A DNA stretch of 64,000 nt from Octopus sinensis (taxonomy: Eukaryota). A program made the translations under genes and the position numbers. The stretch spans positions 38,006,001-38,070,000 of the forward strand of contig NC_042999.1 of the NCBI RefSeq assembly GCF_006345805.1, in the 5' to 3' direction. Positions 12,446-25,520 of this stretch are shown here, one piece after another. The notes beneath the pieces were generated by a model that was not told where the DNA came from, ran no database searches, and was given only the letters and a program-made list of their open reading frames with translations. Each line of letters begins with the position of its first letter. Position 1 is the stretch's first letter.

Positions 12446-13213
12446 TATTGCATACACAAAAAGAATTTTGTATATATACAGCATAAAAAATATCACATAT
12501 AGAGAATAACATTTCATCAATAACAGGATATGAAACCCTCGAACAATTATAATCGATCACTGAACTTTAACAAGCAGGACACGCTTGAGGAAAACAATTC
12601 GCAAAAGTCATTGATAAGATGCATAACACCTGAACAGAAAGGAGATGAACAGGATATGAGGAACACCACCGATGGCAACCAGCGAAAGTTTAAATTTAAA
12701 TTTTTTAGTGACAAGAAAATAAATAAACAGGATACAAAGCAAACGAGTCCAGGCTAGAAAAACAGGATATGAGATTTAGAAGAATTCTAATAAACGGTGA
12801 AATTCAAAAATAAAATTTCATATCGTGGCATAGATAAACAATAAGAGCAAAGAATGGAAATATAGTGCAAACATCCAATTAGAAATCGCTTCGTTAGAAA
12901 ATATATTCAACGCCTTAAACATGCAATATCGCAAAACGAATACTGCAAAAGCATGATAGGAAGTCCCGCCACCCCAAAATTGCACGAAACAGAAAAACAA
13001 CACGATCAACAACAATAGCAACAACTATAACAACAACAACACACACACACACACACACACACAATTACGAAGTGATATTTGGAATGTTAGTAATAACTGA
13101 AAACATTAAACATCCACGCAACGTGTATAAAATGAGCAGGAATGGCGTCCAACATAGTTTTCATCTGAAGATCCCAGGAGAGAGAACTTCAAGTCACCAG
13201 ATAATTTCAAGTA

Positions 13214-13246
<33 letters not shown>

Positions 13247-13680
13247 TGTATGTATGTATGTATGTATGTATGTATGTATGTATGTATGTATGTACGATCT
13301 TTCATTGAGCTTTATTTACGTTTAGACTTGAGAGTGTTCAAGACAGCCGCTATCTAAGCGATATAACATTTTTCGGGGTTTAGAGAGCTCCTGGTGTTTG
13401 TATATATGTGATTGAGTTTGTGTATTGATTGATCTGTCGATTCATAACCCCAGTGTATGTATCTATTCACATAAGAATCTCAGGTGGAGAATGTATGTAT
13501 GTATGTTGTATGTATGTATGTATGTATGTTGTATGTATGTATGTATGCATATAGACATGCTTGTCTGCATGTATGTATGCATGCATATATTATGCATGTA
13601 TGCATGCATGTATATATATATATGTATGCATGCATGTATGTATTTATTTATGTATGTATCTGTCAGTCTGTCTGTCTGTA

Positions 13681-13761
<81 letters not shown>

Positions 13762-14498
13762 GCCTGCCTGTCTGTCTATCAATCAATCAATATATCTGTA
13801 TATAGTATACGACAATGTGCGTGTGAGGATAAAGTGTAAATAAGTAAGTCAGAATGTGTATGGTTGATAATTACAGACTTAACCTGACTGTTCGCATAGA
13901 TGATGAGTTTACGCCACACTATTTCGTAGTATGTAGAAGTGACTGCAGAACTACAACTTCAGTATAGCATCGCCTGATTACACACAAACACACACGCACA
14001 CATGCACACACACATACACATACTCACTCACACACACATACTTACACACATATATAACAGTAACGTAAGTGATTCTCCCATCAGATTACGCCTCTCCAAC
14101 GTTCAGCAATTTAATGATCTTACAAACAACACACTAAGGAAACTTCCAGGCATGCAACACGTCCTCATTGTCTAATAATACATTTACTAATAGCTTACAC
14201 TTAATATCAACTTAACTGCATTCCTTTATATTCTAAATATTCCCCACCAATACACATACTGCAACAGCCCTCCAACCATATCATCTTCTAAATTTCACAC
14301 TAGTCTGTTACAGCCATTTAGCAAGCAATTCATCAAATTTCCATGGACTAACTACCAGTTATCATCACATCATAGTCACACATCAATGAAGAAAGCCAAA
14401 AACGTAGATCAAAAACGATAAACCTCTAACACAGTGGAAGGTGATTCGTCAAGGAAGACAGTCAAGTTTTCCATAGGTTACCAACACAACATGGAAAA

Positions 14499-14895
14499 TC
14501 TTTATATATAAAAGTGAGGTTGTGTGCTGTCTGTCTCCTACGATTTAGATTCCTAACTACTCCCACATTTTGCGGTGCAGTTTAACCAAAACCGGGTATC
14601 TTATAGTCGTGATTTATATCGAGCCCTTCTGGGTATTAGCGCGCGTCTACGATGAGTCTACGATTAAAAAAAAATTACCATCAATTTTTCACATTTTTAA
14701 TGCATTTGTGGCATATATAAGGGAAGTAACTCTCTAAAAATGTATTATTAAATCTCAGAACGTAAAAAGCTACAGTAACACCCCGACCCCTTTGTGGTTA
14801 GCCATATTGAGATGGCTATTATACTTTACATCTCTAAATATGCTTATATAGTTATTTCCCTTACAAACCCGAGCAACGCCGGGCGATACTGCTAG
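14499..14895 (+). mobile_element. Complete non-autonomous Helitron
   Basis: A|TCTTTATATATAAAA at the 5' end; hairpin CCCGAGCAACGCCGGG at 14868-14883; CTAG|T at 14892-14896; no TSD. Confidence 0.88.
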
Positions 14896-15399
14896 TATAG
14901 AATAAAATTGAATTAAACTATTCCAGTAGATGTACAATCATTAAGAGTGAATCTGAGTTTCCTCTTATGCTTGATTAACATGAATAAAAAGTGAAGCTAC
15001 CCATAATCATTTCTAGAAATCTCCCCCTACAGCTGTGTGGCAAAGGTTGGCTCGTTAACGGACGTCATGCTCTCCTCTTACGAACATTTTTACCAGAGTA
15101 CTGCATTTTTCTTTCATCTGCATCTTACTTTGTTAATGCCTTTTAATGAAGGCTTAGCTGCTGACAAAAACCTTACCTCAATCATTTTAATCATGCCTTC
15201 AACAAATCTCTTGTATTATAACCATCTGGCAGTGAAGGCCCCTAACAAACGGAGCCGGCAAATCGATCTACATAGCCGCCATCCTGCACAAATCAAGCAA
15301 CACTCCTGACGGCACCACTGATCCAGTAGATTTTATTCTTAACTTATACCATTACCCAATGGTATTTTTACTCCGTTGTTTTGCAAAATCCTCGTAATC

Positions 15400-15800
15400 C
15401 CCTGCTGGAAAGTCCCCTGGAAGACATTGCTGAGGTGAACGTTTAGAAGTTCAGAGTATTTTCCTGAACATTATCGAGCGTAGAAACTACAGAATGAAAT
15501 GACCGAGGTTCAATATGCTTCATTTGAAAGGACACCATGCGCCTCATCACATTCCAAATTACAAACAGACATTCATAGATTAGGCTTGACTCACAACAGT
15601 GGTTCCACGAAAGATTCAAACTGCGAAGAGGGCCTCACAAACGCCAATCACACCAGCTCACAGCATGAATGTTGCAGCCACAAAGAAAGTAGCTGCATCA
15701 TTTGTTAAAGCATTTCCACCTCTACAGACATTAGGTGAAACGAGGAACTAAATCACACGATTTGCTCTTTGAAGCTCTACGTGGCCAAGAGTTAAAAATT
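15400..15800 (+). pseudogene. Highly degenerate LINE reverse-transcriptase fragment (RTE-like)
   Basis: Broken peptides NEMTEVQYASF (cf. EEQxGF), KAF and HDLLFEAL occur in the expected order; many stops and frameshifts. Confidence 0.4.
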
Positions 15801-15832
15801 AAAAACAATATATATGTATATATCTATATATA

Positions 15833-15912
<80 letters not shown>

Positions 15913-15916
<4 letters not shown>

Positions 15917-16108
15917 ATCCAAACATGAAAACACATAGAGAAAACACAACGACGCGGGGACGTGGAACAAATATAGTATTATTGGACGCTCAGGAAGGAA
16001 GGGAAGAAGGAGGGTTTAACGTTTCGAGTGGAGCTCTTCGTCGGAAAGATAGGAGAAAGAAAGATTCAGAGAAGGGAAGACAGAGGAAAGAAATCGGTCA
16101 CATTTTGA
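15913..16108 (-). mobile_element. Family H1 TA-flanked repeat; hammerhead-like motif at 16014-16048
   Basis: Minus strand cttt-CCGACGA-A-gagc(tcc)actc-GAAACGTT-aaac; TA tracts at both ends. Confidence 0.75.
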
Positions 16109-16139
16109 ATATATATATATATATATATTTGCAAAGAAC

Positions 16140-16555
16140 AATTTCACGTCTCTATATATTGATTTCAAATTTTGGCACCAGTTTCGGGGAAGGGGGGAAG
16201 TCGATGACAGCGAACCCAACACGCAAGAGGTACTTATTCTATCAACCCCCAAAGTTTGAAAGGCATAGTCGACCTCGGATGAATTTGACCTTAGAACGTG
16301 AAGATAGACGAAAAACCTATTTCTTTATTACCCACAAGGGGCTAAACACAGAGGGGACAAACAAGGACAGACATAGGTATTAAGTCGATTACATCAACCT
16401 CAGTGCGTAACTGGTACTTAATTTATCGACCCCGAAAGGATGAAAGGCAAAGTCGGCCTCGGCGGAATTTGAACTCAGAAGGTAACGGCAGACGAAATAC
16501 CGCTAAGCATTTCGCCCGGCGTGCTAACGTTTCTGCCAGCTCGCCACCTTTAGAT
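16140..16555 (-). mobile_element. tRNA-derived SINE, family C, compound two-unit form
   Basis: Head GGCGAGCTGGCAGAAACGTTAGCACGCCGGGCG..GAGTTCAAATTCC; first unit is followed by a second, more diverged unit. Confidence 0.8.
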
Positions 16556-16646
16556 AGACGAAATATCGTTAAGTATTACCCCACGCAAGCTAAACGATTT
16601 TGCCAACTTATTGCATTTATGTTTCTATAAAAAATACTTTTATCCT

Positions 16647-17058
16647 CTTTTACTTTTTTTTACTTGTTTCAGTCATTTGACTGCGGCCATGCTGGAGCAC
16701 CGCCTTTAGTCGAGCAAATCGACCCCGGGACTTATTCTTTTGTAAGCCCAGTACTTATTCTATCGGTCTCCTTTGCCGAACCGCTAAGTGACGGGGACGT
16801 AAACACACCAGCATCGGTTGTCAAGCAATGCTAGGGGGACAAACACAGACACACAAACACACATACATATATATATATATATACATACATATATACGACA
16901 GGCTTCTTTCAGTTTCCGTCTACCAAATCCACTCACAAGGCATTGGTCGGCCCGGGGCTATAGCAGAAGACACTTGCCCGAGATGCCACGCAGTGGGACT
17001 GAACCCGGAACCATGTGGTTGGTTAGCAAGCTACTTACCACACAGCCACTCCTGCGCC
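16647..17058 (-). mobile_element. SINE family A, full length
   Basis: Minus head GGCGCAGGAGTGGCTGTGTGG..GGTTCAGTCCC through the tail GACTGAAACAAGTAAAA. Confidence 0.9.
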
Positions 17059-18469
17059 TTTTTTTTCCTTTTACAGAGCTTAAATTCGTGTGGTCAACGA
17101 GATTGATGCATTTTTACTGTGGAGGCAGCACAGGAAACTTTAACCATTCGGTTGATAGTGAGACACACATTTCCTCTCGAACATCTGCTGCACTGTTCCG
17201 TTTATGAAAGGAAGTACAATTGCAGTGGTTTTTGTTGTTGTTGCTTTCACATATGTTGATATTATTGTTGTTGCTGTTGTTGCTAATGTCGGTGTTGCTG
17301 TCGATACTAATATTGTAACGTCTGGTGTTTATGGTGCTCATGGTGCTAATATTTATGAAGTTGTTCTAGAACCCGTTGCTGCTGCTGCTGATGGTGATGC
17401 TGATAATGATGATGTTGTGGATGAGGCGGAGGAGGACGACGACTACGACGATGATGTTGAGGTTTTCGTTTTCAATGTTCTCACCTGATAGCAATCTTAA
17501 ATAAACGAGTGTACAAATTGATAAGACTACATCATCCCAGGAAAAAAAAAAACTACAAAAGAAAAGAAATTAAGAAAAGGAAAACAAAAACAAAAACAAA
17601 AAAAAAACGAAAACGAAACAGAAATATTATTAAATAAAATATATTCGAAATAAAAGTGAAAATAATTGGACGTAATTTTTCCCCGAGTCTCGTTTTCGTT
17701 CGTGCACGGTTGCTTTCGCATTTTTGTTTCTTCGTAGTTATTTTGTCTTTGTTTTACTCGATTTTTTTTTCCTTTATCATTTCTTTCCTTCTTCTTCCCA
17801 TCTATTTATTTTAAAATGACGTGTTTTAACGTCCATCCAACATTTACACAGAAATGAAAGTAAAATATTTACTTAGTTGAATGTTGTGAAAGGAAACAAA
17901 TGGAACTGAGAGCAAAGAAATATAAAAGAGAAAAATAATATATACATACCTACATTTGTATGTATGTATGTATGTATGAATGTATGTGTGTATGTATGTC
18001 TGTATGTATGTATGTATTTATGCATGTATACAGATGTGTGTATGTATGTGTATATACATATTCACCTACATACTTATTTACACACAGATACATATCTACA
18101 GAGAGGGTATCGTTGTATTTTTAAAGAAAGTAGATTCACTAATACTGTATGTATTTAAGCAAATTGCTCAATACGTATGTGGTGTGTATGTATGTGTATG
18201 TGTGTGCGTGTGTGTGTGTGTGTTTCTCTGTAAATGTACGTATCAATGAATATACATATATCTATTTGTAAATATAAAGACATGTAAAGATGTGTGTATA
18301 TATCTGTATATATACTATGTCTGTATATAAAAATGTACTTTCATTTTGATTCATGAATGTGTAGATATTGGTGCGAAGGCATAAATAGCATTTATACCTA
18401 TGTCTCTGTTTCTGCATCTACCTCTGTCGATGTTTGTCTGAATACATAAACGTATACATGTGTGTAGAT

Positions 18470-18519
<50 letters not shown>

Positions 18520-18523
<4 letters not shown>

Positions 18524-18805
18524 GGATCACGGGACCGACCAGACCATCAGATGTTGTTACACATCGCTGGTCACAATGCGTTCGCATTGTTTTAGCCTTC
18601 AAAAGACGCCACCCTGCTAGCTAAGCGAGCAGGCCAACAGAAGAAAGAGGGGTGAAAGAGTACAGCAGGGATCACCACCCCCTGTCGGAGCCTCGTGGAG
18701 CTTTTAGGTGTGTTCGCTCAATAAACACTCACAACGCCCGGTCTGGGAATCGAAACTGCGAACCTGCGACCGCGAGTCCTAACCACTAGGCCATTGCGCC
18801 TCCAC
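18520..18805 (-). mobile_element. SINE family B
   Basis: Homologous to 1366-1662. Confidence 0.85.
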
Positions 18806-18826
18806 ACACACACACACACACACACG

Positions 18827-18858
<32 letters not shown>

Positions 18859-20085
18859 CGAGGGGCGTTCAATAAGTAATGCCCCCCACTTCCCATAGCA
18901 GTAGAGCAACGACACTTGGCACAGTTATTAGTCGTTTCCTACATAGGAACTACCCAGAGTTATGCATTTCTCCCATCGTTTTTGTAGAAGACCCCAGCTT
19001 GGTCCTCCAACCACGACGTGACTTCAGAAATCAAGGCTGCATCATCTGGGAAACGCTTTCCTTTCAAAATCAACTTCATGGCTGGGAAGAGGTGAAAATC
19101 AGAGGGTTCAAGGGGAGGGGTTCACAGCTGCACGCCTGTGCTTCTAATCTGGCGACACGCGAGTTGTGGACCGGAGCGTTGTCATTTGCTGATCTTGCCC
19201 CGCCTCTTGATTTTGATAGCTTCTCTTAATTTCCTCGAAAGTGAAGCATAATAGGCTCCTGTAATTGTGGTACCCTTTGCCAGGAAATCTGTCATCACTA
19301 CTCCGTCCTGGTCCCAGAAGACTGTGAACATGACCTTGTCAGCGGAGGGCTGCACCCTTGCCTTCTTTGGAGGAGGTGAGTCACGGTGCTTTCACTGCAT
19401 TGACTGGGCTTTGGTCTATGGATCATAGTGATGGACCCAGGTTTCATCCTGTGTAATCAGTCTTTTGAAAAATTTTGACTCATCTTCTTGGCACATCTCC
19501 AAATTTATCCTCGAGCACTCGACGCGTTCTTGCTTCTGGAAAGGTGTGAGCAACCTGGGAATCCATCTGGCAGACACCTTTTGCATATGCAAATGGTCAT
19601 GAATGATAGTTTCCACAGACCCGGTACTAATCTTGACCTTATGGGCTATTTGGCGAAAAGTTATGCGCTGACCTTCCAAAATGGCAGCCTCAACTTGACG
19701 GACAGACGTCTCATCAACGGCAGAAGGGGGTGACCAGATCTGGGAGCTGTTTCCACAGAGTTCCGACTATGTTTGAATTCACAATGCCAGCGTTTTACAA
19801 GGTCATATGATGGGGCATCATCACCATAAGTTACTTTCATTTCATCAAAAGTCTCCCGTGGTGTGCGTCCTTTCAAATACAAAAACCAGATCACTGCTCG
19901 ACACTCAACAGGCTCCATTTCACACTTGACTCAGTTCAAACACCTGTGAATCAGAAACCACAATTAGTTCAGAGCTGTAATTCGCCACTTAATCTATAGA
20001 GGTATAAATAAGTGCACATGCATAATTTCAGCTAGATCAAACAACTGCAAGTGGGTCAGAGGCATTACTTATTGAACGCCCCTCG
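18859..20085 (-). mobile_element. Mariner (Tc1/mariner, DD34D-type) transposon, full length with an inactivated transposase
   Basis: Perfect 25-bp TIRs CGAGGGGCGTTCAATAAGTAATGCC (18859-18883 and 20061-20085), TA on the left and TG on the right; frameshifted ORFs with HTH (VKRWHCEFK), ARWIPRLLT, ITQDETWVHHYDP, DNAPVH and PSDFHLFP. Confidence 0.95.
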
Positions 20086-20492
20086 TGTGTATATATATAT
20101 ATATATATATAGCATATATGTATACGTGTGTATGTGTGTGTGTGGAATAAACACACAGAGACACCCATGCTAATTATATGTACATATATATGCATAATAG
20201 CTGCTGAATGGTTCACATTCTACAGTAGAACAAAAATAAATGTACTCTAATATACAAGCAAGCATTCACGCACGTACCAAATACGAAGTCAGTAAGAATT
20301 ATTACCATACCATTAACTCATTGGTAGACTTATATTGCCACTAACTTAACATCCAGCGTGTCTCGAGTCTTTTTAAACCTAGTGATTTCAAAGTTTGTAA
20401 ACCATTCCGTTCCAGGTCTGCACACAGTCGATCACTACTAGAAAGAGAGAAAAATTGAGACAAAGGAAAAGATGAAACATTCATGGATAATA

Positions 20493-21230
20493 TTGGGTTG
20501 TCCGGAAAGTTCGTGTCGGTTTATAGTAGGTTAGCTTTCGACTTATTTTAGAACATGGTTGAGTCCATAAAATAGGATTTGACTACACCTTCCTTTAGAA
20601 CACAGTTTAAGCTATCTTTCCGTGGAAGATTTATGTTCCTATAATCTGTGTTAATTCTGTAACCCTTTAAAGTGGAAGATAAGAAAGTTCTTTTCCGGCA
20701 CTTGATGCTTTCGGAACCAGACAAAAATTGCTGAAGCTCGGCTGGGATGTGTTACCCCACCCTCAAAATTCCCCAGATAATGCTCCTTCGGATTTCCACT
20801 TATTCAGGTCTCTGCAGAATAGTCTTAATGATAAAAATTTCAATTCCTTGGATGACGTAAAAAGATACCTAAATGAATTCTTTGCCAAGAAACCACCTCA
20901 ATTCTGAGAAGAAAAGAAACGTAATGTTCCTTCTCGAGCCATGCCGGATTCATAGGGGTCGGTTTCCGGTTTCAGCGGCATAGAAATTCCCCACCGGAAC
21001 GGGACGCCGGTCCGTCGCAGGATTACTATTTTTGCCAGCTGTGTTTTCCTCAAGAACATAACGCATCGCCCGGTCCAGGAATTGAAACCACAACCTTACG
21101 AACATAAGTTCAACACCCTAACCACTAAGCTACGCGCCTCCACAATTCTGGGAAGAGGGTATTTTCAGGTTAAAGGCAAGATGGAGACGCATTGTGCAAC
21201 AAAATGGTTCATATTTGGTTGATTAAAAAT
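20493..21230 (+). mobile_element. Second mariner, internally deleted and interrupted by a SINE
   Basis: TA-TTGGGTTGTCCGGAAAGTTCG TIR-like start; C-terminal transposase DFHLFRSLQNSLNDKNFNSLDDVK..F continues after the SINE as FWEEGIFRLKARWRRIVQQNGSYLVD*. Confidence 0.8.
20913..21143 (-). mobile_element. tRNA-derived SINE with a 13-bp TSD
   Basis: Head GTGGAGGCGCGTAGCTTAGTGG..GGTTTCAATTCC; TSD AATTCTG(A/G)GAAGA at 20900-20912 and 21144-21156. Confidence 0.85.
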
Positions 21231-21240
21231 GTAATGGCAA

Positions 21241-21290
<50 letters not shown>

Positions 21291-21299
21291 ATATATATA

Positions 21300-21462
21300 C
21301 GACGGACTTCTTTTAGTTTCCGTCTAACAAATCCACAAACACGGCTTTGGTCGGCCCGAGGCTATAGTAGAAGACACTTGCGCAAGGTACCACGCAGTGG
21401 GACTGAACCCGGAACCATGTGGTTGGTAAGCAAGCTACTTACCACACACTCAATCCTGTGCC
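21300..21462 (-). mobile_element. SINE family A, 5' half (further fragments at ~21540-21790(-) and ~22088-22305(+))
   Basis: Matches the family A head and body. Confidence 0.8.
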
Positions 21463-22059
21463 TATATTATTAGCCTTCTGAATACAACTTTGCGTTATTA
21501 ATGCTGAGACAATATGGCTGTTATAACACATACGAACTGCACAGTGACGGGACGTAAACACACCAACACCGGTTGTCTTGCGGTGATGGGACCAAACACA
21601 GATACATAACACTCCCCGTCCAAAACACACACATGCAGGTCACACACACACGTACATACACAAACACACACATGTATACCATGAGCTCCTTTCGGTTTCT
21701 GTCTACCGAAACCACTCACAAGGTGCCACGTAGTGGGACAGAACCCGCAACTCTGTCCTTAGGAGCCAAACTTCTTACCACACAGCTACGTCGTATGTGT
21801 ATGTGTGTGTGTATATATATATTTACATCTATGGGATTGATCGTATGATAGATCGCAAGGTTGGCGAAAAGTAGAAATGTGTATATGTATATGTTTATGT
21901 GTATTTATATGTGAGTAAGCGTGTGTATATACACACGCGCTTCAATATATGTATGTACAAGTCAAAGTAGTAGGTTTACTTGCTTATCTGTCTACGAATG
22001 TGCGTATGTATATATACCTATAAATGCGAGAAGATATATATATATATATATATATATAG

Positions 22060-22091
<32 letters not shown>

Positions 22092-22984
22092 TTGTGTGTC
22101 TGTGTTTGTTTCCCTAGCATTGCTTGGCAACCGATGCTGGTGTGTTTACGTCCCCGTCACTTAGCGGTTCGGCAAAAGAGACCGATAGAATAAGTACTGG
22201 GCTTACAAAGAATAAGTCCCGGGGTCGATTTGATCGACTAAAGGCGGTGCTCCAGCATGGCCGCAGTCAAATGACTGAAACAAGTAAATGAGTAAAAAGA
22301 GTAAGAGTATATATATATATGTATGCATATATGGTTGCCTAAATTTGGGTATGTATATACGTGTGTGTACGGAAATCTATGCATCTATATGTATATGTGA
22401 ACGCATGCATGTGTGTACATGGGCATATATAAGTAGGTTTGTGCGTGAGAAACTATGTGCGAGTCTGTGTGTATGTGTGTATTTATCCGACCATTGAATA
22501 CTAAAGGTCAGAGTAGGAAATTCAGATCTTCAGCCATCCATGAAGAACAAATCTGAAATACAACCAAATAGAAGACAATCCCACTTAAAGTATAGGCTGC
22601 ACCATCCATTACCTGCTACCATTGAAATTTCAACCGTAATAAAATTCAAACCTCAATGAAATTCAAACCACAACAAACAGGGGTGATGGCCTTGAGGTCG
22701 GCGATTTTAAACTAACTCGCCCGAGGAAACACAGCTAGATCTCATTGTGCAAACAAGCAGTGCATAATCAGATACCTGTATCCTTGGAGAACTACGTTGC
22801 GTCGAAACAATTGTAGCGAATAATAAACAAATGTCCAACAGTATTCCCTCTTCCTCACTCCAATTTCTTCAGTATTAAATATAAATATATGAAAGTATTT
22901 TTCGGTCGATAACGGAAGAAGAATTAGGGTCCGTCTGTGTCTGTCCTTTATATACGTTTTGCATTTTTCATTTATATACATACA

Positions 22985-23081
<97 letters not shown>

Positions 23082-23278
23082 ATATTTCGGAATGGTCATT
23101 TTGTCAGTTTAGCCAATAAAAACACAGGCACTATATATTTGGTGTTATTTATTTTTTACATTAATCTTAATCCTATTTCGGCCAGAGGTCTTTCGTCACA
23201 CTCCTGTGACCGCATCAGAGGTCCTTTGTTTTCTTCTTTCTTATTTGTGTCTCTCCTTACCAACCGTCAGCCATTTTG

Positions 23279-23696
23279 TATTTCTATTGTATGTCTTCAT
23301 TTGCGCATGATTATATCTCTATGTGCGTCTATGTTTCTTTAGTGTGTGTATGTGGGGGGATGCCTGTAATATTTGTATCTTCTGTTTATATTCGTTCATG
23401 TAATTTGTATTTCGTTTTTGTTTTTTTTCGATTCGATTTATTATTATTATTACTAGTATTGTTGTTATACATACATACATACAAGCATATGTAATGATAA
23501 TAATAAGTGGATGTAAACACATGAACAAAATAAGAATAAACAAAAACAACAACAACAAAAACAAAATACAAATTACATGAACGTATATAAACAGAAGATA
23601 CAAATATTACAGGCATCCCCCCACATACACACACTAAAGAAATATAGACGCACATAGAGATATAAGCATGCGCAAATGAAGACATACAATAGAAAT
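23279..23696. repeat. ~140-bp inverted repeat (23279-~23420 / ~23557-23696) with a ~135-bp spacer
   Basis: tatttctattgtatgtcttcatttgcgcatg.. is the reverse complement of ..catgcgcaaatgaagacatacaatagaaata. Confidence 0.9.
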
Positions 23697-23976
23697 AGTG
23701 TCTGTCAATTAGGGTGTTTTTGAGTTCTTGTAGTCGAAAGTTCCTGGTATTTTGTTCTGACACTATTGTGCATATCCTTCTTGCAAGGTTGAAAGGGATG
23801 TTTGTTTTAGTATGTCTTGGGTGGCAATACCTACTTTTTGATTCATGCCACCCAAGACACACTAAAACAAACATCCCTTTCAACCTTGCAAGAAGGATAT
23901 GCACAATAGTGTCAGAACAAAATACCAGGAACTTTAGACTACAAGAACTCAAAAACACCCTAATTGACAGACACTA
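23696..23976. repeat. 131-bp near-perfect inverted repeat at the 5' truncation point of the PLE
   Basis: Arms 23696-23826 and 23846-23976 with a 19-bp spacer; about 3 mismatches. Confidence 0.92.
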
Positions 23977-24735
23977 CCCAGCTCAACTCATAGAGGATGG
24001 GATCAGACGTGCAACAGAAATCGACATAGAAACTTTGAGAAAAGTTCAACACAACAACACACCTTCCCCGAAAATACTGCCTTACATATCCACATACAAC
24101 CCCAGAAACAAAGAAGCCTTCACCATCATCACCCAGAATTTACCAATACTTCATAAGAACCCCAAATTAAAGGAAATTCTAAACATACATAAAATCATTA
24201 AAAGCTACAAACAACCTAAATCACTTAAAAAGATTCTCACAAAGGCAAAATTGTTTTCTGAAATTACGGATGCAAAAGTAAAAAAAAATGTGGTAGACTA
24301 AACTGCGCAACATGCCCAAACCTTCTAGAAGGATCAGAATTTCTCTTCAAAGAGGGACAAAAATTCAAGATCAGATCTAATTTTACTTGTGCTTCTGAAA
24401 ACATAATTTGTGTCATAAGGTGCTCGGGCTGCCACCAAAACTACGTGGGGTCCACGGGACTATCCCTCAGACGTAGATGCACTCTGCATCGACAACAGAT
24501 TGCATTCCCAGAATACAGAATGATACCCTTTAGTGAGCATATTGAGAAATGCGCAAAGCAACTACTACCACAATTTTTTATCTTTCCATTCTATCAATGT
24601 GCTATTGGAACACCAACACAAATTAGATTAAACAAGGAAACATTCTTCATTGAAAAATATAAGCCCAAACTTAACCATTCTAACATTCTTATACGGAGAA
24701 ACTCACCCCATGAAATAAAGGGAAAAGAAATATAA
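23827..24735 (+). mobile_element. Penelope-like element (Neptune-like): RT thumb, Cys-rich linker and GIY-YIG endonuclease; 5'-truncated and frameshifted
   Basis: YLLFDSCHPRHTKTNIPFNLARRICTIVS (PLE RT C-terminus); CGRLNCATC linker after a frameshift near 24290; ENIICVIRCSGC..YVGSTG..RRRCTLH..HIEKC..KETFFIEKYKPKLN. Confidence 0.9.
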
Positions 24736-25287
24736 AGCGATTATCTCCCTTATACCGGAAGAAATCGCTTATTACCTCCCCCTACCTGGAACTCTTTTTT
24801 GCACTTCATAACGAAGACATAACACGATGTAGATAAAGTCATTTGAGAAATTTGAAAAGTTAACAGAAACCGGTAATTTCTTCAAAAACTATGTTACTGT
24901 ATGAAAAAATTTTATAACATTCTTCTAACATAATGACTTAAATATATTCTTTAACCTTATAAAACAAGCCATCTGTAGTTTTTCATTCTTTACTATTTTC
25001 TCTCTCTCTCTCTCTCTCTCTTTATATATATATATATATATATAAATTTTCCCTGTTTATAATTATACCATATGTCACGTATATAAATGCATGTATGTGT
25101 AAATAATTACGTATTCAATTAACTATTATGAATATAGGTCTGTACAAAATAAAGGTGGAATCAAATAAAATTACATAGTGGTATTTGTTCTATTTTTCTC
25201 TTCTGAGAGTTCGTATCCAAACAAGGATGAATTTGGCTATGATACTTTATCGGTCGATAAATAAAGTAACTGTTATTAAACTGATTT

Positions 25288-25383
25288 TTCTTCTTCTTCT
25301 TCTTCTTCTTCTTCTTCTTCTTCTTCTTCTTCTTCTTCTTCTTCTTCTTCTTCTTCTTCTTCTTCTTCTTCTTCTTCTTCTTC
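25288..25383. repeat. Pure (CTT)n tract, ~32 units
   Basis: Read directly; ends about 58 nt upstream of the candidate acceptor at 25441. Confidence 0.95.
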
Positions 25384-25441
25384 CTTCTCTCTCCCTTACT
25401 ATCTCCCTACATTCATCCACTCCGTGCCTTTTTTCCTCCAG

Positions 25442-25520
25442 AGCGACTCACGTTGTACAACGAAAAGGATCGTAGATATTTGACGACTGTCAGCGCGACC
25501 CTCTCCAGAAATAGTGAAAG
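25442..25520 (+). CDS. Candidate internal coding exon of an unidentified gene (79 nt, phase 1 to 2): RLTLYNEKDRRYLTTVSATLSRNSE
   Basis: Acceptor gccttttttcctccAG, donor AAG|GTAGAT; only one of three frames is open. Confidence 0.6.

Noticed and set aside
13900-13928. 29-nt micro-exon candidate; similar candidates at 50773, 53148-53170, ~56374 and ~62877
   Set aside because: Splice-like signals alone are common in 64 kb, and frame or phase support is ambiguous.
16818-17207. Recurrent ORFs such as RQASFSFRLPNPLTRHWSARG and ERQSRPRRNLNS
   Set aside because: Chance open frames across SINE families A and C, repeated with each copy.
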